A DNA stretch of 32,000 nucleotides from Synechocystis sp. PCC 6803 substr. PCC-P (GCF_000284455.1 NC_017039.1:960001-992000); one strand, 5' to 3'. Shown: positions 19,196-27,994, numbered from the stretch's first letter. Numbers and translations are program-made. The notes: generated from the sequence alone by a model not told the origin.

Positions 19196-19828
19196 ATGGC
19201 CACCACTGCCGATGAAGTTTGGGCCCTACTGGGGGAGTTGATTGAATCCCAGAAAGAAACTGATCGCCGTATGCAAGAGACCGATCGCCGTATGAAATTA
19301 ACGGATCTTCAAATGCAGGAGACCGATCGTCGTATGCAAGAGACCGATCGACTTATCAAAGAAAACGGTCGCTTTATCAAAGAACTGGGGAAACAAATTG
19401 GTGGGTTAGGGAAAAAATTTGGTAGTTTTACCGAAGGCTTGGCCTTGCCTTCCATGGAGCGCATTCTGCAGGAGCGTTTTGGCATGGAAGTTATTAGTCC
19501 TAGTGTCAGGGCCAGCAAAGGAGGGCAACACCTAGAAATTGACGTTCTAGCCTATGCCAACAGTGACATTAATACCGCTTACGTGGTGGAAGTAAAAAGC
19601 CATCCCAGGGAAGAGTCCATTACCCAACTAAAAAATTTGCTCCAGAAGTTTCGTACCTTCTTTCCTGAACACAAAGATAAAAAGTTGTATGGCATTCTGG
19701 CGGCGGTGGATTGGTCAGATGACTTAAAGCAACAGGCGTTACGGGAGGGTTTATATGTGGCCAGCATCCACGATGAAGTTTTTGAGTTGGCAGAGACTCC
19801 ACCTGATTTTGAGCCTAAACTCTGGTAA
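19196..19828 (+). CDS. Coiled-coil plus PD-(D/E)XK nuclease-fold-like protein (DUF3782-like)
   Basis: Heptads ETDRRMQETDRRMKLTDLQMQETDRRMQETDR followed by GQHLEIDVLAYANSDINTAYVVEVKSHPREESITQLKNLL, with a D-x(n)-ExK signature. Confidence 0.75.
   Translation: MATTADEVWALLGELIESQKETDRRMQETDRRMKLTDLQMQETDRRMQETDRLIKENGRFIKELGKQIGGLGKKFGSFTEGLALPSMERILQERFGMEVISPSVRASKGGQHLEIDVLAYANSDINTAYVVEVKSHPREESITQLKNLLQKFRTFFPEHKDKKLYGILAAVDWSDDLKQQALREGLYVASIHDEVFELAETPPDFEPKLW
19256..19360 (+). repeat. Tandem heptad-coding repeats (units resembling CAAGAGACCGATCGCCGTATG, 21 bp)
   Basis: gaaactgatcgccgtatg / caagagaccgatcgccgtatg / caggagaccgatcgtcgtatg / caagagaccgatcgacttatc within the CDS at 19196-19828. 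Confidence 0.8.
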
Positions 19829-19939
19829 AGATTTAACGGATCAACCGGTTTTTTTGGGGGTTATTCAAGTAACCCTTAGTAAGCTAATTATTCTCTACTT
19901 GCCCAATTTATTTAGATTATTTGAACTCACTAAATTTCT

Positions 19940-20425
19940 ATGACTGCTCTACGCATCGGCAACGGCTACGATATCCACCGCCTCGTAGGCGATCGCCCCT
20001 TGATTTTGGGGGGAGTTACCATTGCCCACCATTTAGGACTGGATGGCCACAGCGATGCCGACGTGCTGACCCACGCTTTAATGGATGCTCTCCTAGGGGC
20101 ATTGAGTTTGGGGGACATTGGCCACTACTTCCCTCCCAGCGATGCCCGGTGGCAGGGGGCCGATAGCCTCAAACTTTTGGCTCAGGTGCATCAATTAATC
20201 CTTGAACGGGGTTGGCGAATCAATAATCTGGATAATGTGATTGTGGCAGAACAACCCAAACTTAAACCCCACATCCAGGCCATGAAGGAAAATTTAGCCA
20301 AAGTTTTGACTATTGATCCAGATTTAATTGGCATTAAAGCTACCACCAACGAGCGTTTGGGCCCCACGGGAAGGGAGGAAGGCATTGCCGCCTACAGCGT
20401 GGCTTTGTTAATCAAAGAAGGGTAA
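19940..20425 (+). CDS. ispF: 2-C-methyl-D-erythritol 2,4-cyclodiphosphate synthase
   Basis: [66 protein letters not shown] ... [24 protein letters not shown]. Confidence 0.98.
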   Translation: MTALRIGNGYDIHRLVGDRPLILGGVTIAHHLGLDGHSDADVLTHALMDALLGALSLGDIGHYFPPSDARWQGADSLKLLAQVHQLILERGWRINNLDNVIVAEQPKLKPHIQAMKENLAKVLTIDPDLIGIKATTNERLGPTGREEGIAAYSVALLIKEG

Positions 20426-20581
20426 ACACCGGACCATGGGATAGAAGATTCTTGTCCTATCCATGCCACTGGTAAAGGTTGTTACGGTTTGCCTGTTGCA
20501 AAATGTGAGAAGAGCAGTCTAATCTGCCCTGTGAATTTTGACCGCATTTTTGCTTGGCCGCTGACCAGTTTAGAAGTCTTT

Positions 20582-21949
20582 ATGAATCTTGCCCTGCCTA
20601 GCCAGTATCAATTCTTACCCCGTTTTTTTCGCCTAGCCACCATTGCTGTCCTTTCCAATATGATGGTGCCCTTAGCTGGGTTAGTGGACACCGCTTTTTT
20701 GGGCCATCTAGAAGACATTGATTATTTAGCAGGGGTGATCCTCGGCTCGATTTTGTTTGATTACCTCTACCGGGTCCTAAAATTTTTACGCACCAGCACC
20801 ACCGCTCTCACGGCCCAAGCTGTGGGGGAAGAAGACCAGGCGGAGGTATGGGTGGCGGGACTAAGAAGTGCCTTGGTAGCCCTATTGTTGGGTTTGGGCA
20901 TTTTAGCCTTGCAATATCCCTTGCAAAAATTCGGTTTTGCCCTGTTAACTGGGGCTCCAGGGGTGGAGCAGTCGGGTATGGACTATTTTTACGGCCGGAT
21001 TTGGGGGGCTCCGGCGGTGCTGCTCAATTTTGTCATCTTGGGCTGGCTATTGGGACAAGAACGCAATGGTTTAGTTTTGCTCATTTCCCTGGTGGCTAAT
21101 TTTTCCAACGTTGGTCTGGACTATTTGATGATTAACCGTTGGGGGTGGGCTAGTGCGGGGGCCGGTTGGGCCACTGCCAGTAGTCAGTATTTAGCTCTGG
21201 CCCTAGGTTTGATCTCCATTGTGGTTCTAGCCCAAGGGGAAAAAGAGAAGGGAGAGTTTAAAGCGGCGATCGCCAAATTATCGGACTGGGGAGCGTTGCG
21301 GGCCACCATTGCTCTGAAAGGGAACATCTTGATCCGTTTTGTGATTTTAATCACCACCTATTCTTTGTTTACTAATATCAGTTCCAGCTTTGGCACGGAA
21401 GTCTTGGCCCAAAACGGTCTGCTGTTACAAATTGCCCTGCTTAGCCAATTCACCATCCAAGGGGTGGGCATGACCAGCCAAACCCTGACTGGTAATTTCA
21501 AGAGTAAAGGGGAATATCAATTGTTATTGCCGGTTTTACTCACCGCCATCGTCACCACCCTATTAATGGCCCTGGGCTTTGCCGCTGTGGCGATCGCCTT
21601 CCCCGAAACCCTATTCGGACTGTTAACCAACCATGCAGAAATCAACGACAGCGTCCGTCAATACACCATCTGGCTGATTCCCCTGTTGGAGAGCACCGCC
21701 CTGGCCTTTATGCTGGAAGCCTATTTCATCGGGCTTAAAGCGTCCCAACCCCTTAGGAACGGAGTGCTGTTTGCCTTCTTCGGGATCTATTTACCCTGCC
21801 TTGGGCTAGCCATCTGGCAACAGAGCAATAATCTGCTGTGGTTCTCCCTGGTCTCCTACATGTTGGGCCTAGTGGTTTATCTGGGCTGGCAATTACTTAC
21901 CCGATTTTCACCGCAAACTCTAGCTCTGGAAAGCAAACAACCTAGCTAG
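20582..21949 (+). CDS. dinF: MATE-family efflux transporter, DinF-like
   Basis: Multi-TM protein: FFRLATIAVLSNMMVPLAGLVDTAFLGHLEDIDYLAGVILGSILFDYLYRVLKFLRTSTTALTAQAVGEED; ATG at 20582 preferred over the track start at 20489. Confidence 0.9.
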   Translation: MNLALPSQYQFLPRFFRLATIAVLSNMMVPLAGLVDTAFLGHLEDIDYLAGVILGSILFDYLYRVLKFLRTSTTALTAQAVGEEDQAEVWVAGLRSALVALLLGLGILALQYPLQKFGFALLTGAPGVEQSGMDYFYGRIWGAPAVLLNFVILGWLLGQERNGLVLLISLVANFSNVGLDYLMINRWGWASAGAGWATASSQYLALALGLISIVVLAQGEKEKGEFKAAIAKLSDWGALRATIALKGNILIRFVILITTYSLFTNISSSFGTEVLAQNGLLLQIALLSQFTIQGVGMTSQTLTGNFKSKGEYQLLLPVLLTAIVTTLLMALGFAAVAIAFPETLFGLLTNHAEINDSVRQYTIWLIPLLESTALAFMLEAYFIGLKASQPLRNGVLFAFFGIYLPCLGLAIWQQSNNLLWFSLVSYMLGLVVYLGWQLLTRFSPQTLALESKQPS

Positions 21950-22860
21950 GGCTTGTCAGATGATTGAGAATTATTATGGCCGTGAAAACGAATACCAAGG
22001 AAAACATCATAGAGGAAGCTCCAGAAATTTTTCCCTTCCAGTAATCCCAGGGATTGATCACAACCCTTCTCATCCAAAATGGGCTTGGTGATGTGATAGG
22101 TGTTTTGGTACTGATACCAAGGAATAGAAGGCCAAAGGTGGTGGATCAGGTGGTAATTTTGCCCGAAAATGAGCCAATTTAAAATGGGGCTGGGATAAAC
22201 CCTGGCATTTTTCCAACGGTTGCGTTCTTGGAAAGGTCGATGGGGCAGGTAATCAAAAAACAGTCCCAGGGCAATGCCAACAATTAAAGCAGGCACAAAC
22301 CAGTAATTCATCACAAAGCCGATAAAGCCGTAATGAATGCCGAGAAAAACGATCGTGAACAACACAAGCCGACTTAAGAACCACTCTAGTAGCTCATATT
22401 TGCGCCATAACCGCCGTTTAAAGAAAAAGATCTCATGGTAGAAGAACCGGGCGGCAATGAGGAAGAGGGGACCGCCGGTGGAAACAAAATGGTCTGGGTC
22501 ATTTTCAGGGTCATTGACGTTGGCGTGGTGTTGGAGATGAACCCGGGTAAAGACGGGAAAAGCAAAGCCCAACATTAAGGCACTACCGTGGCCAAGCACT
22601 GCATTAATAATGGTGTTCCGATGGGCCGCATTGTGGGATGCATCATGGATCACTGTGCCTGACAGGTGCAGCGCCAGCACCGAACAACTAAAACAAAGCC
22701 AGTGGGGCAGCCCCCATTGCCAGTAGCCAAAAACGTTAGCGAGCATTAAGAGAATAGCTATCCCGAACATGGCCACGTTGGGATTGAAGCCGCCGTCCGC
22801 CTGTAAAAACTCTTTTGGGACAGCTTGGGAAACGGTTTGCAGCGGTTGGGTCGCCTGCAT
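21946..22860 (-). CDS. crtR: Beta-carotene hydroxylase, membrane di-iron fatty-acid-hydroxylase/desaturase fold
   Basis: MQATQPLQTVSQAVPKEFLQADGGFNPNV ... HDASHNAAHRN ... HLQHHANVNDPENDPDHF ... NYHLIHHLWPSIPWYQY; His-box pattern and full sequence recognised as CrtR. ATG at 22860 rather than 22941. Confidence 0.93.
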   Translation of the reverse strand: MQATQPLQTVSQAVPKEFLQADGGFNPNVAMFGIAILLMLANVFGYWQWGLPHWLCFSCSVLALHLSGTVIHDASHNAAHRNTIINAVLGHGSALMLGFAFPVFTRVHLQHHANVNDPENDPDHFVSTGGPLFLIAARFFYHEIFFFKRRLWRKYELLEWFLSRLVLFTIVFLGIHYGFIGFVMNYWFVPALIVGIALGLFFDYLPHRPFQERNRWKNARVYPSPILNWLIFGQNYHLIHHLWPSIPWYQYQNTYHITKPILDEKGCDQSLGLLEGKNFWSFLYDVFLGIRFHGHNNSQSSDKP

Positions 22861-23156
22861 TACTATGACGGACTCCTGGCACACGAAATGGGACGCACTT
22901 CTGGTCAGTTTATAGCAAAAATGCTGGGGAAAGGAAGACAACTAGGGAAAAAGAACAGGACATCAAATGGTCATTCCCCAGACCCTGGCGTCTTTGCCAG
23001 AGTAATCTCCCTGGCGCGGATGTTACACAAATGTAACGAAAAATATTTTCCCTCTCAGAATTTAGGCAAAGTGCCCAAACCCATCCTAGGCAAGCAATTC
23101 GTCCACCAACAAAAAGCTCTTTTGGTCAACAGACTTGACAAAAATCTTAACAATAC

Positions 23157-23184
23157 GTTACATTTATTTACATAAGGTTACAAA
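23157..23184 (+). promoter_or_regulatory. HLR1-like element (candidate RpaB binding site) upstream of hliB, with a third half-site
   Basis: GTTACATTTATTTACATAAGGTTACAAA: half-sites GTTACA (23157), TTTACA (23167), GTTACA (23177), each 10 bp apart; first two fit HLR1 consensus (G/T)TTACA(T/A)(T/A)NN(G/T)TTACA(T/A)(T/A). Confidence 0.8.
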
Positions 23185-23222
23185 ATAAAAACCTCAAATA
23201 CCCAATCAAGGAGATCAACACT

Positions 23223-23435
23223 ATGACTAGCCGCGGATTTCGCCTCGACCAAGACAACCGTCTCAACAACTTCGCCATTGAACCCCCTGTGTACGTTGAC
23301 AGCAGTGTTCAAGCCGGTTGGACTGAATACGCCGAAAAAATGAATGGTCGTTTTGCCATGATTGGCTTTGTTTCTCTCTTGGCAATGGAAGTAATTACTG
23401 GCCACGGCATTGTGGGTTGGTTGCTCTCTCTCTAA
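23223..23435 (+). CDS. hliB: High-light-inducible polypeptide (Hlip/SCP), single-helix chlorophyll-binding-like
   Basis: 70 aa: [70 protein letters not shown]; Hlip core AEKxNGRxAMIGF. Confidence 0.95.
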
Positions 23436-23543
23436 TTGGCTGGGTGCATAACCAAGCAATCTACTGAACCAGGGCCTAGCTCCATGAACTACCAAAGGAC
23501 TGCCCTTGGCACCGTGAAAATCGAACAAATAAGAGGTAAAACT

Positions 23544-23795
23544 ATGAACGCCGACACTGATATTTATCAAAACAAAGATCTATTTGCCCCCGTTGTCTTC
23601 CGCAAAGACTTCAACCAATTTGCCCCCATCAACGGGAACCAAGCCTGGTCTTTATTTTTCACCGCCGGGCAAGAAGATAAGCAACTGGGCAACAGCCCTG
23701 AATTCGGTCGCTTTTTCACCAATACTCTCTTCGCCATTGGGGCTGCCACTTTCATCTGGGGTTACTTCTTCAGCCGTTGGGCTGACTTTCTCTAA
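23544..23795 (+). CDS. lilA: Light-harvesting-like protein LilA
   Basis: MNADTDIYQNKDLFAPVVFRKDFNQFAPINGNQAWSLFFTAGQEDKQLGNSPEFGRFFTNTLFAIGAATFIWGYFFSRWADFL; directly downstream of hliB. ATG 23544 preceded by AAGAGG. Confidence 0.85.
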   Translation: MNADTDIYQNKDLFAPVVFRKDFNQFAPINGNQAWSLFFTAGQEDKQLGNSPEFGRFFTNTLFAIGAATFIWGYFFSRWADFL

Positions 23796-23854
23796 AGCCT
23801 TGGTTTACCGTAAGCAGAGCCAAGCCACGGTACCACTTGCCATAGCACCACTGA

Positions 23855-23883
23855 CACCCTTGGTACCGGGTGTTATTTTTTTT
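23855..23883 (+). terminator. Rho-independent-like terminator after hliB-lilA
   Basis: ACACCC-TTGGTACC-GGGTGT followed by TATTTTTTTT. Confidence 0.75.
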
Positions 23884-24058
23884 GCAATATGATCATGTTC
23901 TGTCGAAGTTTTGTCGAAATTTAGGGATAAAAAACGGGGAAAGTGGAGAGAAAAGTCGTTGTGCCTAGGCAAAAGTTTTAATTTTTTTAGCAAACACCTG
24001 TGATTCTAGAAACTCTTACGGTATCCTTACGTCAACTAGCCTATGTGAGGAGTCAGCC

Positions 24059-24730
24059 GTGTTGGGTAAATCCATGAATCAAGCCGTCAATACCAACTGG
24101 GCGATCGAGAGTGGCGGAGGCAAACTAAGTGCCCTGCCCCCGGAGTCGTTAACCAATGTTGACCTGATTTTGCTCTGTCAGCAAAAGACCCGTCCCGATA
24201 GTACCGCTTTTAATGAGTTGCTCCGGCGTTACCAGTCCCATGTGGATAAAATTCTTTATCACTTGGCCCCCGACTGGCAGGACCGGGCGGACTTGGCCCA
24301 GGAGGTTTGGATTCGGGTTTACCGTAACATCCATCGCTTAAACGAACCGGTCAAATTTAAGGGTTGGCTCAGCCGCATTGCCACTAACCTCTTCTACGAC
24401 GAGTTACGCAAGCGCAAACGGGTTAGTCATCCCATTTCCCTTGACGCTCCCCGGCGCATGGATGACGGCGAAATTGACTGGGACATTGAATCTGATTACC
24501 CCAGTCCCGATGAAACTTTATCCACTGCTGAATTTTATGAATGTTTGCGTTCGGCCATTAAGGACCTACCTGAAGCTTTCCGCACCACCATTATCCTGCG
24601 GGAAATTGACGGTTTAGCCTACGAAGAAATTGCCGAAATCACCGGGGTTTCCCTCGGGACGGTTAAATCTCGCATTGCCCGGGCCCGGGCGAAGTTGCAA
24701 ACTTTTTTACAGCCCTATTTGGCTTCCTAA
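24059..24730 (+). CDS. sigG: ECF-type RNA polymerase sigma factor
   Basis: DLILLCQQKTRPDSTAFNELLRRYQSHV ... DLAQEVWIRVYRNIHRLNEPVKFKGWLSRIATNLFYDELRKRKR ... LPEAFRTTIILREIDGLAYEEIAEITGVSLGTVKSRIARARAKL. GTG start 24059 or ATG 24074. Confidence 0.94.
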   Translation: MLGKSMNQAVNTNWAIESGGGKLSALPPESLTNVDLILLCQQKTRPDSTAFNELLRRYQSHVDKILYHLAPDWQDRADLAQEVWIRVYRNIHRLNEPVKFKGWLSRIATNLFYDELRKRKRVSHPISLDAPRRMDDGEIDWDIESDYPSPDETLSTAEFYECLRSAIKDLPEAFRTTIILREIDGLAYEEIAEITGVSLGTVKSRIARARAKLQTFLQPYLAS

Positions 24731-24912
24731 GCCCACCCTAAACATTGAATCCTAGCTTCCGCCACCAGCAATGGTTTTTATTATTGGTGTTAGTCCCATC
24801 ACCCTTGGTCTAGGGAGTGTCCAACTTTGTGAGGAGTGAATCGGCCAGAGTTAATAACAAACAGCTAATTCACTATTACTTGTCGGTGGAGATTCCCCCG
24901 AAGAGGTTTACT

Positions 24913-25455
24913 ATGAATTCAAAATTTGACTTTGATTGTCCACGGCAGCCTTGGGATGGAGCTGAACCTGGAAATGAGGATTTATTGTTTGATGAAAAAT
25001 TTGAGCTGTTGAGTGCTTACATTGACGGGGAGGTTACCCCCCAAGAGAAGAAACAGGTACAAGGCTGGATTGATAGCGACCCAGAGTTTAAGCAGACCTA
25101 TCTGGGGTTGATTCGTTTGCAAAACGCTTTGCCCCAAGTGCCAGTGCCGCCGGCTATTGACGCCGATGTGTTGGCCCAGAGGGTATTTGCCAAACTAGAG
25201 CAGGAAAATCGTTGGCGTGGTATTTGGTTCTGGGGTAGTGTGACTGCCGCCGCTGTGGTGGTGGCCGCCTACTCTAGTATTCTGGGTAAACCCTTGGTTC
25301 CTTCTCTGAATCAGGCTAATTTGGACCCGGCGATCGTAGCCATGGATGAAGATCCTTTGATGGTTGCCATCCACGAGCCGATGTTTGAAGTGTTAACCAA
25401 AGTGGACCCTGGCCATGGGCCCGAAAATGAGGGAGCGGAACAAGGGCTGCATTAA
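24913..25455 (+). CDS. Putative anti-sigma factor, membrane-anchored, partner of the upstream ECF sigma
   Basis: LLSAYIDGEVTPQEKKQVQGWIDSDPEFKQTYLGLIRLQNAL N-terminal anti-sigma domain, one TM segment (IWFWGSVTAAAVVVAAYSSI); adjacent to the ECF sigma. Confidence 0.82.
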   Translation: MNSKFDFDCPRQPWDGAEPGNEDLLFDEKFELLSAYIDGEVTPQEKKQVQGWIDSDPEFKQTYLGLIRLQNALPQVPVPPAIDADVLAQRVFAKLEQENRWRGIWFWGSVTAAAVVVAAYSSILGKPLVPSLNQANLDPAIVAMDEDPLMVAIHEPMFEVLTKVDPGHGPENEGAEQGLH

Positions 25456-25460
25456 TTTGA

Positions 25461-26477
25461 TTGTTGCTTTGCCCCTGGATGATTAATTTGGTTGAATTTA
25501 ATCTGTTTTTAGATTTACTTGGTAGTGCCCTGTTGCTATCTCTGCCGTGGCTCCTGTTGGGAATTATCATTTCTAGTACTTTCCTAATTTGGACCGATGA
25601 GCAGAAATGGGTGGCTAATTTCCCCCGCAATCGTTTGCTCAGTAGTTTGGTGGGAAGCGCCCTCGGTTTTCTGCTGCCTCTGGGGGCTTTTGGTAGTGTG
25701 CCCTTAGTGAGGCGTTTACTTTTACAGGGAGCTCCCATTCCTTTGGCTGTTAGTTTTTTAGTGGCAGCACCCACCTTGAATATTTTTGCCATTGTCAGGG
25801 TCTTATCTTCCCGTCAATCTCAGTACGGTCTAATTTTTCTTTGTATTTCTTGCAGTTGGTTGATGGCGATCGTGATGGGGTTAGTTTTTAGTACCTATCG
25901 ACTGGCCCGTCAACAGGCAGAGGACGAGGGGGAAACGGCCCTGTTAAACATTCCCCTATTACGGTCAGGGGCTTTGATTATACTCCAATCTTCGATGGAG
26001 GCGTCCCCAAGGCAGGGAGGGTTGGTTTTTGCCAGTGGAGTTAATCCTGTGGCAGATTTTTCCTGGCGGCAAAAGTTACATCTTTTTGGTCGTAACATCA
26101 TTGAGGAATTTCAGGAATTTGGTGGGGTGCTAGTCATCGGGACGGCGATCGCCTGTGGCATTGTCTTTTTCCTTCCCCAGGCGTGGTTACTACAATGGGC
26201 TGGATTGGGGCCGGTACGGCAAACTGTACTAATGATGGGTTGGTCGTTCATTTTACCCCTGGGAAATTTTAGTAACCCAGATTTATTGGCACCCCTGGGG
26301 GAACAACTCTGGCGAGGGTCCATGGTTGCTTTTTTATTATGGGGAAGTTTGTTTAATTTACAGACCATTGGACTCTGGTTAGTAACCCTGAGACTGCGGC
26401 CCTTGAGCTACTTAGTGGTGTTAGTGGGCTTATCAGTCTTTCTTTTTGCCATGGTGACTAATTACTACTTAAGTTAG
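25461..26477 (+). CDS. Predicted permease (COG0701/ArsP_2-like family)
   Basis: Multi-TM; LPLGAFGSVPLVRRLLLQGAPIPLAVSFLVAAPTLNIFAI ... GWSFILPLGNFSNPDLLAPLGE. Likely start TTG 25461 or ATG 25479; begins within about 6-24 nt of the anti-sigma stop. Confidence 0.8.
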   Translation: MLLCPWMINLVEFNLFLDLLGSALLLSLPWLLLGIIISSTFLIWTDEQKWVANFPRNRLLSSLVGSALGFLLPLGAFGSVPLVRRLLLQGAPIPLAVSFLVAAPTLNIFAIVRVLSSRQSQYGLIFLCISCSWLMAIVMGLVFSTYRLARQQAEDEGETALLNIPLLRSGALIILQSSMEASPRQGGLVFASGVNPVADFSWRQKLHLFGRNIIEEFQEFGGVLVIGTAIACGIVFFLPQAWLLQWAGLGPVRQTVLMMGWSFILPLGNFSNPDLLAPLGEQLWRGSMVAFLLWGSLFNLQTIGLWLVTLRLRPLSYLVVLVGLSVFLFAMVTNYYLS

Positions 26478-26551
26478 GCTCCATTATGGAAAAAATTTGT
26501 CCCCTGGTGGTGCTTAATTGGGGCGATCGCCGTGATATTATTACAGGTAAC

Positions 26552-26632
26552 GCGGATGTGGCGGAATTGGTATACGCGCACGTTTGAGGGGCGTGTGGCT
26601 TTGCCTTGCGAGTTCGAGTCTCGCCATCCGCA
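26552..26632 (+). tRNA. tRNA-Leu (anticodon GAG)
   Basis: GCGGATG/CATCCGC acceptor stem, D arm GCGGAATTGGTATACGC, anticodon stem CACGT/GCGTG with loop TTGAGGG (GAG), variable arm GGC-TTT-GCC, T arm GCGAG-TTCGAGT-CTCGC. No encoded CCA. Confidence 0.95.
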
Positions 26633-26664
26633 TTTTTGCCAATAACTAGAGTGCAACAGAAATG

Positions 26665-26697
26665 ACCCCGCCTTTTCGCAAAATTGGCGGGGTTTTT
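26665..26697 (+). terminator. Stem-loop terminator between tRNA-Leu and the convergent glycosyltransferase gene
   Basis: ACCCCGCC-(13 nt)-GGCGGGGT-TTTT; loop ttttcgcaaaatt; could act on both strands poorly (A-tract side is weak). Confidence 0.7.
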
Positions 26698-26746
26698 CGC
26701 AGAACTATTCAGTTCACAAACAAAAACAACACAATTTCCCCGCTCG

Positions 26747-27988
26747 TTAATGCTGGGGAGAAACCAGATTCTCTAGCCACTGTAATTGTTGGGGTAGGCA
26801 GATGGTCTGTAGGTCATATTTAGCCTGGACTAGGCGGCGGGCGTTGATTCCTAGCCTTTGTCTCTCCTCTTTGTCTTCTAATAACTGGCAGATAGTTGTG
26901 GCGATGGCTGAGTAGTCGAAGAAGTCCACTAACCGTCCCGTTTCGCCATCGGTGATCACCTCCCGCACTGGGGCTGTATTACTAGCGGCGATCGCACAGC
27001 CACAGGCCATGGATTCCAGTAAGCTCCAGGACAGCACAAAGGGATAACTGAGGTAAACGTGGACAGTGGAGATTTGTAGCAGATTAATGAAATAGTTGTA
27101 GGGAATGGTGCCGAGAAAATACAGACGACTTAACTGTTCTGGCGTTAGTTTTGGTTTAACCTCGTCGAGAAAAATGTCCCGCCAAGGGCGATCGCCTGGG
27201 GGCTTGGCTCCATAACTCACCCCATTGCCGCCCACAATTAAAACCTTGGCATGGGGACGATTAGTGAGAATTTCCGGCAGGGAACGCATAAAACTGTGGT
27301 AGCCCCGGTAGGGTTCCAGGTTGCGATTGACAAAGGTAATGATCTCGTCGCTGCGGTTGAGGGTGATTTGATTATTAAAAGTTAAGTTGGCATCGGCGTT
27401 GGGACGCAGAATATCGGTGTCAATGCCGTCGTGGACAACTGTCAGCTTGGAGCGGAAAGGTTCGGGAAAGGAATCCGCTTGCCATTGGGTAGGCGCCAGG
27501 CCACCGTCGGCAATGTCAAAATGGAGATAATGGTTGATATTTTTCCAGCGAATGCGACAGACCTCTGTTTCGTCAACGTTGGCAAATTCCGGATCAAAGG
27601 TGGTGTCATAGCCGGACGCATGGTAGAAAAATTCGCAGTAAATGCCCAATTTCGTTTCTGGCCACACATCTTTGACAAATAAACTTTCGCCCCAACCAGG
27701 GTTAGCAATAACAACGTCGGGATTAAATCCTTGGGCTTTTAACTTTCGGGCTTGATGAAAAACGGATTCTGCCCGGATGGTTTTAGTTTCAAAGTCCACC
27801 AACCAAGGGTGAATGTTTGGGGTACTGCCCCGATTGGGAAAATAGTTGATCAACTTTACCCCTTGCCATTGGGGAGATGCATTTTTTTGCATGATCATGG
27901 CCACCACCTGATGCCCTTGGGCTACCAAAGCAGGGGCGAGGTGTTTAAATTGCCCAGGAAAATTTTGGTGAAGAAAGAGAACGTTCAT
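26747..27988 (-). CDS. Glycosyltransferase, GT4-like (group 1)
   Basis: MNVLFLHQNFPGQFKHLAPALVAQGHQV ... KLTVVHDGIDTDILRPN ... AKVLIVGGNGVSYG ... WSLLESMACGCAIAASNTAPVREVITDGETGRLVDFFD. Confidence 0.92.
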   Translation of the reverse strand: MNVLFLHQNFPGQFKHLAPALVAQGHQVVAMIMQKNASPQWQGVKLINYFPNRGSTPNIHPWLVDFETKTIRAESVFHQARKLKAQGFNPDVVIANPGWGESLFVKDVWPETKLGIYCEFFYHASGYDTTFDPEFANVDETEVCRIRWKNINHYLHFDIADGGLAPTQWQADSFPEPFRSKLTVVHDGIDTDILRPNADANLTFNNQITLNRSDEIITFVNRNLEPYRGYHSFMRSLPEILTNRPHAKVLIVGGNGVSYGAKPPGDRPWRDIFLDEVKPKLTPEQLSRLYFLGTIPYNYFINLLQISTVHVYLSYPFVLSWSLLESMACGCAIAASNTAPVREVITDGETGRLVDFFDYSAIATTICQLLEDKEERQRLGINARRLVQAKYDLQTICLPQQLQWLENLVSPQH

Positions 27989-27994
27989 TATTGC

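Noticed and set aside
19256-19360. Possible CRISPR-like short repeats
   Set aside because: Units are contiguous 21-bp heptad codons without spacers, inside an ORF; no cas genes in the window.
19858-19875. GGGTTA-TTCAAG-TAACCC hairpin as a terminator after the nuclease-fold gene
   Set aside because: The T-tract lies upstream rather than downstream of the stem on the plus strand and there is no U-tract on the minus strand either; weak 6-bp stem.
20489-20581. N-terminal extension of the MATE transporter (MPVAKCEKSSLICPVNFDRIFAWPLTSLEVF)
   Set aside because: Does not resemble transporter N-termini; ATG at 20582 gives a normal MATE start.
21946-22860. Omega-3 acyl-lipid desaturase (DesB) as identity of this di-iron membrane protein
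   Set aside because: Size (304 aa) and the HDASHNAAHRN / HLQHHANVNDPENDPDHF / NYHLIHHLWP histidine boxes match beta-carotene hydroxylase CrtR instead.
25316-25792. 158-aa minus-strand ORF across the anti-sigma/permease junction
   Set aside because: Overlaps two well-supported plus-strand genes; translation has no recognisable domain.
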